Shown here in pieces: positions 39,542 to 49,520 of a stretch of 64,000 nucleotides of DNA (position 1 is the stretch's first letter; every line of letters starts with the position of its first letter). The notes below the pieces were generated by a model. It saw only the letters and a list, made by a program, of their open reading frames with translations, did not search any database and was not told the DNA's origin. This DNA comes from an uncultured Rickettsiales bacterium (lineage in GTDB: Bacteria; Pseudomonadota; Alphaproteobacteria; Rs-D84), in the NCBI GenBank assembly GCA_900550495.1, contig URSJ01000005.1:9056-73055 (forward strand), in the 5' to 3' direction. Made by a program: the position numbers and the translations under genes.

Positions 39542-42500
39542 ATGGTAAATTTGATTGTTGATGGTAACTGGGCAGCGGCTGATGTCGCGTACAGATGCGT
39601 TGATTTCGCGGCGATTTATCCAATCACCCCCAGTAGTACGATGGGTGAACTGGCGGACGAGTGGTCCTTTCAGCACAAGAAAAATATTTGGGGCGCAATT
39701 CCACAGATTATTGAAATGCAATCCGAAGGTGGCGCAGCCGGCGCAATGCACGGTGCGTTACAGATGGGGTCGCTGGCGACGACATTTACGGCATCACAGG
39801 GGTTGTTGCTGATGATTCCGAATATGTATAAAATCGCTGGCGAACAGACGCCGTTTGTCATGCATGTGGCGGCGCGCGCATTGGCGACACATGCGCTGTC
39901 CATATTTGGCGACCACAGTGATGTTATGGCAGTGCGCAGCACTGGTTTTGCGCTGTTGTCCAGTCATAATGTGCAACAGGCGTCTGATATGGCGGCGATT
40001 GCGCATGCTGCGACGTTACGGGCACGTGTGCCATTTTTGCACTTTTTTGACGGATTCCGCACCAGCCATGAAGAATCGCGTTTGATTCGAATCGAAGATG
40101 ATGTGTTACGTAAAATGATTCCAGATAATCTGGTGCGTGAAAACCGTGCACGTGGTATGTCGCCAGAACACCCGACAATTCGCGGAACTGCCCAAAATCC
40201 AGACGTGTATTTCCAAGGACGCGAGGCGGCAAACCCACTGTATGCTGCGACGCCTGATATTGTTCAAAAATGTATGGACGAATTTGCGGCACTGACGGGG
40301 CGCAAGTATAATTTGGTTGATTATGTTGGTGACCCAAATGCCGAAAACGTTATCGTTGCCATGGGCAGTGCGTGTGAAACAATTGAAGAAACACTGCCGT
40401 TCCTGCCACGTGGACTGGGACTGGTCAAGGTGCATTTGTATCGACCGTTCCCGGTTGACGCGTTGCGCGTTGCGTTGCCGAAAACAGTGAAACGTATTGC
40501 GGTTCTGGATCGAACCAAGGAACCAGGCGCAATCGGTGAGCCGTTATATCAAGATGTTAAAACGGTCGTGGGCGATGCGGCGGCGGTATATGGTGGACGT
40601 TATGGACTGGGGTCCAAAGAATTCAAACCGCGCGATGTCAAGGCAGTCTATGAAAACCTGATGCGCGATACATTGCATCATAACTTTACCGTGGGGATTG
40701 ATGACGATTTGTCGGGACTGTCGCTGAAAACGGATCCGGCGTTTGCTGTCCAGGCAGAAAATTTCAAGACCGCAATTTTGTATGGTATTGGTTCGGACGG
40801 CACAGTTGGCGCGGTTAAAAATATCGTTAAAATCGTTGGGGAAAATTCTGATTTATATCCGCAATCATACGCAGTATATGATTCCAAAAAATCAGGGGGA
40901 CTTACCGCATCGCATATTCGTTTTTCTGATGCACCGATTAAAAGCCAGTATTTGATAGAAGTGGCAGATTTTATCAGCGTATCAAACTTTATGATTGCAC
41001 AGCGTTTTGATGTGTTTCGCGGCCTGCGTGCAGGTGGGACGATTATGATAAATACGTCAATGGCACCTGATGTGGCGTTTGCAAATCTGCCACGAGAAAC
41101 CCAGGAACATTTAATCAGACTGCGTGCAAATGTGTATTTCTTGGACGCAAATGGTGCGGCAAATGAACTGGGGTTAGGCAATCGTATAAACACGTTTATT
41201 ATGCTGAATTTCTTTAATCTGACCCAGGTTATTGACCCAGCGGTTGCTGCCAAATCGGCCAAGGCGGCAATTGAAAAAACATACAAGAAAAAGGGTATGG
41301 ATGTTGTTCAAGCAAACTGGGCAGCGGTTGATCGAGCAGCGGGCTATCTACATCAATATACGTTGCCGTCGTCGGTGTCAAATTTTGCGCCAGACTTTAT
41401 CCCGTCGATGACTGCGGATGCCCCGGCCGAGATTGCGGGGACATTGGGTGAAATGGCGGCACAGCGTGGTGACGCAATTCCGGTGTCGCGTTTCCGCACT
41501 GATGGTGCGTTTGGTGCAGGCCAGTATCCAGTCGGCACATCAAAGTATGAAAAGCGTTCGATTTCTCAGCGTGTTGCAACGTGCGATTTGGAAAAATGTA
41601 TTCAGTGCGGTAAATGTTCTATGCTGTGTCCGCACGCGGCAATTCGTATCCGTGCATTGACCGCTGATCAAGTGGCGTCTGCACGTGCATCGGGAATAAT
41701 AGTTGTTCCGATGAAAACCCCAGAACTGGGGCCGGATATGTATTACACACTGGCAATTTCACCAGCAGATTGCACTGGTTGTGGCGTGTGTGTGAAAAAT
41801 TGTCCAGTGGCGGCACTGGCTATGAAAAACGTGCGCGATGTTGCCGACGAAAATCAACGCGCATTTGACGCAGTGGTAAAATTGCCTGATATTCCGCGTG
41901 AAAAACTGAACTTGAATATACCAAAACATGTAGAATTATTACCACATTACTTTGAGTTTCCGGGGGCCTGTGCGGGATGCGGGGAAACACCATATATCAA
42001 GATGTTGGCGCATTTGTTTGGTGACCACATGGTGGTTGCAAATGCGACGGGGTGTTCGTCTATATATGGGGCAAATTTGCCTACGACGCCGTGGACGTGC
42101 GACGCGTCTGGGCGCGGACCGGCGTGGTCTAATTCGTTGTTTGAAGATAACGCGGAATACGGTTTGGGTATGCGGTTGGCGTTGAATCAGAAACGCGACA
42201 CATTGCGCAGTTTGCTGTTCGAATTAAATATTCCAAATGTTGACGCAATGTTTGATACATGCGACATAAATGCCCAGCGTGCCAGTGCGGAAACATTACG
42301 CAAAAAATTGGCGACAATTGATGGGCCACGTGCTCGCCTGGCGGAAAGTTTAGTTGACGCGATTATTGATAAATCTGTATGGATTATCGGCGGCGACGGC
42401 TGGGCGTATGATATTGGATATGGCGGTTTGGATCATGTCTTGCACAGTGGCGAAAATGTGAACGTTTTAGTTCTGGATACCGAGGGATATTCCAATACTG

Positions 42501-43054
42501 GCGGCCAACAGTCAAAATCGACGCCATTTGGTGCCAGTATGAAATTTGCTATCGGTGGTAAAGAACATGCCAAGAAAGACTTAGGTATGATTGCGATGAT
42601 GTCGGGGGCATACGTTGCGCAAATTGCGTTGGGGGCAAATCCTGCCCAGGCGATTCGTGCGTTCCGCGAAGCGGCAGCGTTCCCTGGACCATCTATCATA
42701 TTAGCGTATGCGCCGTGTATTGCGCACGGGTTCGCGTTGCAAAATGCTGTTCAGCACCAGAATCAGGTTGTCCAGACTGGCGCGTGGCCGTTGTATCGTT
42801 TTGATCCGACAATGGTGATAGAAGGGCGTAATCCATTGACGCTGGATTCAAATATTGATAATCCGACCGCATTGGAGGACTTTTTGAAAACCGAGAGTCG
42901 TTTTAGCGCTGCACGCGCGGTCAACCCTAACTTTGACAGATTGGTCGAATTTGCCAAGGAAAATAATCGTTACAAGGTGGAACTGAAAAAATATATTGCG
43001 CATTTTGCAATGATGCACGCAGCAAACGAAACCAAAGAAAATGGCGAGGGATAA
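39542..43054 (+). CDS. nifJ: Pyruvate:ferredoxin (flavodoxin) oxidoreductase, single-chain PFOR
   Basis: 1170 aa. Two 4Fe-4S motifs (CIQCGKCSMLCP, CTGCGVCVKNCP). TPP-binding GGDGWAYDIGYGGLDH. Confidence 0.95.
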   Translation: MVNLIVDGNWAAADVAYRCVDFAAIYPITPSSTMGELADEWSFQHKKNIWGAIPQIIEMQSEGGAAGAMHGALQMGSLATTFTASQGLLLMIPNMYKIAGEQTPFVMHVAARALATHALSIFGDHSDVMAVRSTGFALLSSHNVQQASDMAAIAHAATLRARVPFLHFFDGFRTSHEESRLIRIEDDVLRKMIPDNLVRENRARGMSPEHPTIRGTAQNPDVYFQGREAANPLYAATPDIVQKCMDEFAALTGRKYNLVDYVGDPNAENVIVAMGSACETIEETLPFLPRGLGLVKVHLYRPFPVDALRVALPKTVKRIAVLDRTKEPGAIGEPLYQDVKTVVGDAAAVYGGRYGLGSKEFKPRDVKAVYENLMRDTLHHNFTVGIDDDLSGLSLKTDPAFAVQAENFKTAILYGIGSDGTVGAVKNIVKIVGENSDLYPQSYAVYDSKKSGGLTASHIRFSDAPIKSQYLIEVADFISVSNFMIAQRFDVFRGLRAGGTIMINTSMAPDVAFANLPRETQEHLIRLRANVYFLDANGAANELGLGNRINTFIMLNFFNLTQVIDPAVAAKSAKAAIEKTYKKKGMDVVQANWAAVDRAAGYLHQYTLPSSVSNFAPDFIPSMTADAPAEIAGTLGEMAAQRGDAIPVSRFRTDGAFGAGQYPVGTSKYEKRSISQRVATCDLEKCIQCGKCSMLCPHAAIRIRALTADQVASARASGIIVVPMKTPELGPDMYYTLAISPADCTGCGVCVKNCPVAALAMKNVRDVADENQRAFDAVVKLPDIPREKLNLNIPKHVELLPHYFEFPGACAGCGETPYIKMLAHLFGDHMVVANATGCSSIYGANLPTTPWTCDASGRGPAWSNSLFEDNAEYGLGMRLALNQKRDTLRSLLFELNIPNVDAMFDTCDINAQRASAETLRKKLATIDGPRARLAESLVDAIIDKSVWIIGGDGWAYDIGYGGLDHVLHSGENVNVLVLDTEGYSNTGGQQSKSTPFGASMKFAIGGKEHAKKDLGMIAMMSGAYVAQIALGANPAQAIRAFREAAAFPGPSIILAYAPCIAHGFALQNAVQHQNQVVQTGAWPLYRFDPTMVIEGRNPLTLDSNIDNPTALEDFLKTESRFSAARAVNPNFDRLVEFAKENNRYKVELKKYIAHFAMMHAANETKENGEG

Positions 43055-43059
43055 ATAAC

Positions 43060-43488
43060 ATGAAAAAAATAATCGCGATTTGTTTAATGGCACTGGTCGG
43101 CTGCACGTTCCAGACCAAACATCGAGGATATGTTTTCCCAGCGGATTTGGATGCACGCGTGGCGCAAATTAAAACGACCGATGAACTGGAACAGCAGATT
43201 GGTGCGCCCCAGGTAAAAACAATCCATGGTGACGACGTCTGGATTTATTATGGTGCAGATGAAAATTATCGCGGCCCATTGAAAAAGACATATGATAATC
43301 GGACGGTTTTGTTGGCGTGGATAAAAGGCAATCGCGTTACCCGAATGCAGGTTTTGCGTGATGATGATTTGCCTGAAGTTCGGGTTGCTGATGGTGAAAC
43401 AGAAATCCCGGCAGCGATTGAATTGAACGCAATCCAGGAATTGTTTAACAATATCGGTCGTTTCACACCGGCGGGACTGGGACAATAA
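43060..43488 (+). CDS. bamE: BamE (SmpA/OmlA) outer-membrane assembly lipoprotein
   Basis: Lipobox LVGC followed by a HRGY...SmpA/OmlA-like fold pattern. Confidence 0.7.
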   Translation: MKKIIAICLMALVGCTFQTKHRGYVFPADLDARVAQIKTTDELEQQIGAPQVKTIHGDDVWIYYGADENYRGPLKKTYDNRTVLLAWIKGNRVTRMQVLRDDDLPEVRVADGETEIPAAIELNAIQELFNNIGRFTPAGLGQ

Positions 43489-43539
43489 AAAGCGTTTGGA
43501 TTTTTACCGTAAATTGTGTAAAATAATGTCCAAAGAGAG

Positions 43540-44085
43540 ATGCAGATGAAAAAACTGTTTTGTTCTGTGATTGTGCTGGCCACGATGGTAACGTGTGTGC
43601 ATGCGGCGACGTTCACGTCGTGCGGGGCGGGGTATATATTGGCAGAACACGCAAAAGTTGATGGCATCAAGGCGGCTGAATGTCAAAAGTTGTGGTGCCG
43701 CGATTTGGAAACAGGTCACGTAATGGGCAATGGTCGTGCGGCGTCATCGGGATACGTTGATACGCCCGCGCCAGTGGAACTGATTGACGCGTCTGGCAAT
43801 CGCATTGAATGCTTTGGCAAGCGTAAATGGTGCAATGGGGAACCAGCAGGTAACTGGAATCCAGAATATGGTGCATACACGCGTGGTGGTGACGACAGCA
43901 CGTATAAATCGTATCAAAAAGGTGGGTGTTTTGCATGGCAATTAGAAAAACCGGATTGTGCCGATGGGCTGACCGCGATATTGCAAAATCATAAATGGGT
44001 TTGCGCCAAGGCCGAAGGGGGGGCGTCTATCAATCGTGCGTCAGCGGTGCGTCGAACTGGCGCGGTTCGTCGCATAAATAAATAA
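43540..44085 (+). CDS. Secreted Cys-containing hypothetical protein
   Basis: Signal peptide ...VTCVHAATF, 10 Cys, basic C-terminus. The alternative ATG at 43546 is equally possible. Confidence 0.6.
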   Translation: MQMKKLFCSVIVLATMVTCVHAATFTSCGAGYILAEHAKVDGIKAAECQKLWCRDLETGHVMGNGRAASSGYVDTPAPVELIDASGNRIECFGKRKWCNGEPAGNWNPEYGAYTRGGDDSTYKSYQKGGCFAWQLEKPDCADGLTAILQNHKWVCAKAEGGASINRASAVRRTGAVRRINK

Positions 44086-44178
44086 TATTATGCCGTCTTG
44101 AATGGGACGGTATTTTTTTATGGTCAATTATTTGTTTTTTTGGTTTTTTTGTGGTATACTGCCTGAGAGTCAGAGAGA

Positions 44179-44772
44179 ATGGCAACCGCAAAGGGTAACG
44201 CTATTATGCCAAGCAAGAAATTAGATTTTAAAACTGGCCAGTATGTTGTGTATCCAACCCAGGGCGTTGGAAAGCTGGTCCGAACCGAAGAACAAACAAT
44301 CGGCGACCAAAAAATTAAAATGTTGGTCATTGATTTTGAACGCAATCACATGACTTTGCGCGTCCCGGTCGAGCGTGCCGAAATCTCGGGACTGCGTCCA
44401 CTGACCACTGCCAAAAAAATGGACGAGGCAATTGCGTCTGCCAAGGGCAAGGCGGGGGCAAAGCGTATGATTTGGGCGCGTCGTGCCGCCCAATATGAAG
44501 AGAATATAAATTCTGGCGATCCTATGAAGTTGGCCGAGGTTGTGCGTGATCTGCAACGTCGGACGGCGGCGGACACGATGACGTTTTCTGCGCGTCAGTT
44601 GTATTTGCGTGCGCTGGAACGCATGGCCCAGGAATTTGCTGTTTTGCATAAAATTGACCTGGATGCTGCGTCTGAAAAAATAGAAGATATTTTAGGGGTG
44701 CCCAAGGAAATCGACTTGAACGCCGCCGGTGTTGATGACGATGACGACATGGACGAAGAAGATACGGAATAA
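44179..44772 (+). CDS. carD: CarD-family RNA-polymerase-binding transcription factor with an acidic tail
   Basis: FKTGQYVVYPTQGVGKLVRTEEQTIGDQKIKMLVIDF (Tudor-like RID) and a DDDDDMDEEDTE tail. Confidence 0.9.
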   Translation: MATAKGNAIMPSKKLDFKTGQYVVYPTQGVGKLVRTEEQTIGDQKIKMLVIDFERNHMTLRVPVERAEISGLRPLTTAKKMDEAIASAKGKAGAKRMIWARRAAQYEENINSGDPMKLAEVVRDLQRRTAADTMTFSARQLYLRALERMAQEFAVLHKIDLDAASEKIEDILGVPKEIDLNAAGVDDDDDMDEEDTE

Positions 44773-44774
44773 AA

Positions 44775-44800
44775 AACGGGGCATCGCCCCGTTCTTTATT
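44775..44800 (+). terminator. Intrinsic terminator of carD
   Basis: AACGGGGC-ATC-GCCCCGTT followed by CTTTATTT. Confidence 0.65.
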
Positions 44801-44840
44801 TAGAGAGCATCCGTCTCTGCTGCGCCCTCTGCTCTCTAAA
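44799..44840. repeat. Perfect 11-bp inverted repeat TTTAGAGAGCA / TGCTCTCTAAA around a 20-nt loop
   Basis: Read directly. Same end motif as the element at 5379-5538. Confidence 0.7.
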
Positions 44841-44906
44841 ATAGACGACACCCCGGTCTGCGCACCACCCCTCTGGTCAGAGGGGAACTGAGTCCGCGAC
44901 GAGGCT

Positions 44907-45635
44907 TTACATTGTGAAATCTTCGCCCAGATAGACTTTCTTGACCATTTCGTCTCGTATAATCTCGTCGGTGGTGCCGTGCTTTAAAATCATACCATCA
45001 TGCAGAACGTAACTGTGATCGGTAATTCCTAATGTTTCGCGCACATTATGGTCGGTGATAATTACGCCCAGACCACGATTCTTTAATTGAGACACCAGGC
45101 TGCGGATTTCGTTCACGGCGATTGGGTCAATCCCAGCAAACGGTTCGTCCAGCAATATAAACTTTGGGTCGTTTGCCAATGCGCGCGCGATTTCAACACG
45201 ACGGCGTTCGCCACCCGACAGGGCGGTTGCAGGGCTGTGCCGCAGAGATGAAATTGAAAATTCATCCAGCAACGCGTCCAGTTTCATCTTGCGTTTCTTG
45301 CGGCTGGGTTCTACGACCTCTAGTATTGCCATAATGTTTTGTTCTACTGTCAGACCGCGGAAAACACTGTTTTCTTGGGGCAGATATCCAATATGCAGCC
45401 GTGCCCGCTGGTAAAATGGCAGGTGTGTTATATCCTGGGAATTCAGGAAAATCTGACCCCCAGTGGCCGCTAATTGGCCTGTGATACAATAAAATGCCGT
45501 CGTCTTGCCTGCGCCGTTTGGCCCCAACAGGCCGACCGATTCGCCCTGACGTGCGACCATGGAAATGTCGCGAATGACCATGCGTTTGCCATATGATTTT
45601 GACAAGTGTTCAATGCGTAATACGGATTGTTTCAT
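44907..45635 (-). CDS. lptB: LPS export ABC transporter ATP-binding protein
   Basis: GPNGAGKTT, LSGGERRRVEIARAL, FILLDEPFAGIDP; size 242 aa. Confidence 0.93.
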   Translation of the reverse strand: MKQSVLRIEHLSKSYGKRMVIRDISMVARQGESVGLLGPNGAGKTTAFYCITGQLAATGGQIFLNSQDITHLPFYQRARLHIGYLPQENSVFRGLTVEQNIMAILEVVEPSRKKRKMKLDALLDEFSISSLRHSPATALSGGERRRVEIARALANDPKFILLDEPFAGIDPIAVNEIRSLVSQLKNRGLGVIITDHNVRETLGITDHSYVLHDGMILKHGTTDEIIRDEMVKKVYLGEDFTM

Positions 45636-46111
45636 AATTTTACCACCAATTCGTCAGTTAGTATTTTGTCGCCGTTACTGGAATCAATGCGGACGTTCCC
45701 ACTGAGTGTCACAGTTTGCGCACGGCGGTCATATCGACCACGATTTGCACGAATATTGTCGGTTATACGTTCACCGCTGGTGCGACGAACAATCGTCCCC
45801 GATACAGATTCTAGAAATATAATGTCAGGCTTGCCATACTCCTGGCGACCGGACGCGGCACGTAACTTGAACGGCTCGCCGTTTGTATCGGTGCCAGCAA
45901 ATGATGCGCCAGACATCTTGAATTGATTGCTGACAATGTCAGTCATATTCACCGCGGTAATTGGCGTCCATAGTAATTGTTTGGTAAACAAAGAACCAGC
46001 GACCAACGCCGCCACCATTACCAGTCCCCAGCCGGTAAAGAAAAACTGCCACAGGCGTTTTAAGCGTCTGTGTTTAGTAAATATAATAAAATTGCGTTTG
46101 TCGCCTTGCAC
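45632..46111 (-). CDS. OstA-fold LPS transport protein (LptC/LptA-like) with an N-terminal membrane anchor
   Basis: TM helix, then a beta-jellyroll-like repeat pattern. ATGA overlap with lptB. Confidence 0.6.
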   Translation of the reverse strand: MQGDKRNFIIFTKHRRLKRLWQFFFTGWGLVMVAALVAGSLFTKQLLWTPITAVNMTDIVSNQFKMSGASFAGTDTNGEPFKLRAASGRQEYGKPDIIFLESVSGTIVRRTSGERITDNIRANRGRYDRRAQTVTLSGNVRIDSSNGDKILTDELVVKL

Positions 46112-46198
46112 GTGATTCAGTTTAGCGCGTCAGATGACAAAAAGCAATTTTTATATTTATTCAATTGTTTTTTTATGTTATAATGTTCGCCAAGAGAG

Positions 46199-47008
46199 AT
46201 GATAAAAAAATTGCTAACCTTTTTATGTATGGCGTTGTTTGCAGTCACATCTGATGCTGTGGCGGCGGTCACGGTTAAAAAGGCTGCGCCGGTTGCACCC
46301 CAGACGTCTGTCACATCCACAGATACCGCTAGTTTGGTTGGAACGGTATTGGGGCTGGTCAACAGTGTGCAGCAGTTAAATGCCAAGCAAAAGGCACTGA
46401 CCGCGGAATGCGTTCCGTCATCCAAGGAAATTACGTTCGTCAATAATATGATGAAAGAGTGGGCGAAAGTTGGCGAAATGACCGCGGACGAGGCTCAGAC
46501 CCGTCTGAATCAGCGTCGTTGTACTATTGCACGGGGCGGTTATGCCCAAGCAGTGCGCATTGCTGCGGGAACCGACGCGACGGAAATCTGCTATGATTAT
46601 TTTGCGGGTGACGGCAACGATGGTATGGTGTGGGCAAATTTCCCAATGGCCAGTACCGCTACGTACTGCACAGATGGTTCGCTGTCGTGCAAAAATCCGG
46701 CAAATGTTTCCAATATATATGAAATATTCAATCTGATTGATTTTTCTGAAACAGACTATACAGACGGGGATAATCGGACAATAGCAGCAAATCTGATATC
46801 AAAAATTGAAAACTGCAGTTATGCGAAACTGAGTGCAAAAAAACGTGCACTGTGGGGTAATTTCTTGACTAGCACTGTCAGCAATATGGGCCAGAGCACA
46901 AATACTGGCGCAATCATGGATTCGGTGGGGCAGATGACCAGTGGTGGTGGTGGACTAGGTGGCCTGGGGTCATTGGGGGCAATAGTACAACAAATTACAA
47001 ATAAATAG
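46199..47008 (+). CDS. Secreted hypothetical protein with a Gly-rich C-terminus
   Basis: Signal peptide MIKKLLTFLCMALFAVTSDAVA, 8 Cys, ...SGGGGLGGLGSLGAIVQQITNK. Confidence 0.6.
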   Translation: MIKKLLTFLCMALFAVTSDAVAAVTVKKAAPVAPQTSVTSTDTASLVGTVLGLVNSVQQLNAKQKALTAECVPSSKEITFVNNMMKEWAKVGEMTADEAQTRLNQRRCTIARGGYAQAVRIAAGTDATEICYDYFAGDGNDGMVWANFPMASTATYCTDGSLSCKNPANVSNIYEIFNLIDFSETDYTDGDNRTIAANLISKIENCSYAKLSAKKRALWGNFLTSTVSNMGQSTNTGAIMDSVGQMTSGGGGLGGLGSLGAIVQQITNK

Positions 47009-47091
47009 TGCGGTTTATATCGCACTTTTTTGCTTTACTCATATGACAAAAAAGCGTATAATACGGGGGATTATAAGAGAAGGGATTTCTG

Positions 47092-48609
47092 ATGAAAAAT
47101 AAATCTTGTGTGTTGACATGGATTGTATCACGCGTAATCTCGATGGCGTCTGTTGTGGCGTTGACGGCGTGCGCAGGCAGTAAAGATAATGCCCAATATG
47201 CACCGATTGATACGCCAACGGTTGATTACGTGGAACAATTAGATGTGTATTCTGCGCCGCACCAGGATTCATTTTTGAATCAGTTGGCGATGAATTACCG
47301 TTCGTATGCAATTTATAATGCACGAACCAGTGGGTATTCTGAAATGGGTGAATTATTCGCACAAAAGGCGGTTGCTGCATTCAGCGGCGAGGTGCCGTTC
47401 CCAGAATCCTTGGAAAATTGGCCGGTTGACAACGAACAGGATTCATTTGAATTATATACAGCTTATAATGATTTGATGGACCAATTGAAAAACGATGCCA
47501 GTGAAGCCAACCCGCAATTAGCGGCCGAGGCCCAGGCAAAATTTGACTGTTGGTTATCTGCGGCGGCCAGCGGTCAAGACGGCACGGCACGTGAATGTCG
47601 TGACAGATACTTGAAAACTATGGCCGCGTTGCGCGACTGCAAAGGGGGCAAGATTGTAACTAACAATCGCGTATCTGCAACAACGACGACAACGACCGAG
47701 ACAATCGCTGTTCAGTCGCGTCGGCCAGTTACAAATGCCAGTAATCGCCCAACAGATTATTATCCAGAAACTCGCACTATGCAGGCGATGAGTGGGACGG
47801 GGCATGCACGTGATGGCGTGATTATTGTCAATAATGTAAATGTTCCGCAACATTTGATTAACCCGGTGCCTGTTCAACCACTGGTTTTTAACCAGAATAT
47901 CTATGGTGGCGACAAGACAATTTCGGACAGTAATAATATGGCGGTTATGTCGGCGGAATGTGCGGCAAACCCAGAAATGCCAGACTGTGCCGTTGCAAGT
48001 CAGAACGAAGAAATCCCAATGGTGGGCGACGAATTGGTCACACGCCAGGAATTCATCAATATGATGATGGCTATGCGTTCCGAATTAGCGGCGATAAATG
48101 CACGCTTAGACCAGATTCAGGCGGCATCTGGTGATAAAACCATTATCAAGGTGCAACAAATTCCATTGGAACCAAAACAGCATGTTATGGAAGAAGTGTT
48201 TGAAATCCGCTTTGATTTTGACAAGGCTACAATCAAACCAGAATACCAGGATTTGATTAAAAAATTGGCCAATGCAACCCAGGAAAACAAGAATATCAAG
48301 GTGTCTGTGGTTGGACACACCGACACAATGGGCAGCAAGGATTATAACTATGCATTGGGTGGTCGTCGTGCCGAGGCTGTGCAAAAAATGCTGATTAAAT
48401 ACGGTATCCCGGCCAGCCAGATTGTCGCGGTATCGTCCGGCGAAGAAGATTTGGCAGTGCCAACGGCTGATGGCGTTGCAAATGCGGCCAATCGTCGCGT
48501 GCGTGTGGTCAAGGAAACGCACTATGCCGAACAGGTCAAGGCCGCGCCAATCGTGGTTGAAGAGTATTCGGCAAATGAACCGTGTGGCATGTATGGTTGC
48601 GACAAATAA
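47092..48609 (+). CDS. OmpA-family lipoprotein (peptidoglycan-associated C-terminal domain)
   Basis: Lipobox LTAC. C-terminal VVGHTDTMGSKDYNYALGGRRAEAV...NRRVRVV. Confidence 0.85.
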   Translation: MKNKSCVLTWIVSRVISMASVVALTACAGSKDNAQYAPIDTPTVDYVEQLDVYSAPHQDSFLNQLAMNYRSYAIYNARTSGYSEMGELFAQKAVAAFSGEVPFPESLENWPVDNEQDSFELYTAYNDLMDQLKNDASEANPQLAAEAQAKFDCWLSAAASGQDGTARECRDRYLKTMAALRDCKGGKIVTNNRVSATTTTTTETIAVQSRRPVTNASNRPTDYYPETRTMQAMSGTGHARDGVIIVNNVNVPQHLINPVPVQPLVFNQNIYGGDKTISDSNNMAVMSAECAANPEMPDCAVASQNEEIPMVGDELVTRQEFINMMMAMRSELAAINARLDQIQAASGDKTIIKVQQIPLEPKQHVMEEVFEIRFDFDKATIKPEYQDLIKKLANATQENKNIKVSVVGHTDTMGSKDYNYALGGRRAEAVQKMLIKYGIPASQIVAVSSGEEDLAVPTADGVANAANRRVRVVKETHYAEQVKAAPIVVEEYSANEPCGMYGCDK

Positions 48610-48700
48610 AACAAATTGTTGACAATTATACTTGACAAAAAAGGTTTGTTGTTATAATCTGACCACTGTCAGAGAGATGTTTTGACAAGAGGCATTGAAT

Positions 48701-48859
48701 ATGACTGATAATGTGAATAAGTTTAGTATTGCGTCAAACGCCGTAGCAAACAAGGCGAATGGGGCAGGTTACAAGAAGGGTATTGCGGCGGTAAATTTGG
48801 CGGCCGAATTTATGGCGCGTGGTGTGAATTTGCACAATGGCTCGCAGAGTGAGAAGTAG
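48701..48859 (+). CDS. Possible 52-aa small protein
   Basis: AAGAGG 7 nt upstream of ATG. Upstream TGTTATAAT extended -10 (48650-48658). Hairpin terminator TCGGGGG...CCCCCGA at about 48893-48915. Not in the track (<60 aa). Confidence 0.35.
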   Translation: MTDNVNKFSIASNAVANKANGAGYKKGIAAVNLAAEFMARGVNLHNGSQSEK

Positions 48860-49398
48860 TTTTTGTGCCGTATTAAACATCTATTTTACGTCGGGGGTAT
48901 TTTGCCCCCGATGTTTATTTGACAAAAAATTCTTGATAAAAACGCGTGTTTTAGTATCGTTATTGCGAAAGGAATTTGTGCAAAAACAGTTCACCACGGG
49001 GGAGGTTGAATTTCGCATGTTTTTGTCATGTCATGTTTTTCGGACGGTATTTTTCGGTTGCGTTTTTGCGACTGTGTTTTGCGTTTTTTGTGCTTGGGCG
49101 TTGCCAAATGATGTCAATCCTGATGATAATGGCACGACTTATGCGACAACCAGAGTGGTATTGCCGGCGTCAGTTATGTCAAGGATGTTGTGGCAAACAA
49201 GGAAAATACAATGAACAAGGTTATCAGTCTGACACCCAGTGTGACCGATGTCCAATATCCATCGGCATTGGCGGTCTATTCGTCGGTGTCAGAGCGTGTC
49301 AGCACATCATCTGCGGCAAATCAATCAATGGCGGGTAAATATAATGTTACGGGGACGCTTTCCGTTCCAGATTTACCATTGCCCAGGGCAGAATGAGG

Positions 49399-49514
49399 AA
49401 AAAAACAGGCACCAAAGTGCCTGTTTTTATGGTGAAATATCCTTTCGTATGAAAGGTTCTTATTAACGACTAGACATCTAATTCCAACTTGATTTTAGTG
49501 TTATTTCTTTCACC
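49399..49514 (-). ncRNA. Predicted tracrRNA
   Basis: Minus strand reads ...AAUCAAGUUGGAAUUAGAUGUCUAGUCGUUAAUAAGAACCUUUCAUACGAAAGGAUAUUUCACCAUAAAAACAGGCACUUUGGUGCCUGUUUUUUU. It has an 18-nt perfect anti-repeat core plus G-U pairs, then two hairpins and a U-tract. The 5' end is inferred from the promoter. Confidence 0.75.
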
Positions 49515-49520
49515 ACCGTA

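Noticed and set aside
39392-39751. Upstream 120 codons of the 38720..39751 ORF.
   Set aside because: This part overlaps the PFOR start and promoter region and has a Cys/Asn/Arg-rich nonsense-like sequence. ClpP-like similarity begins after the internal ATG at 39391.
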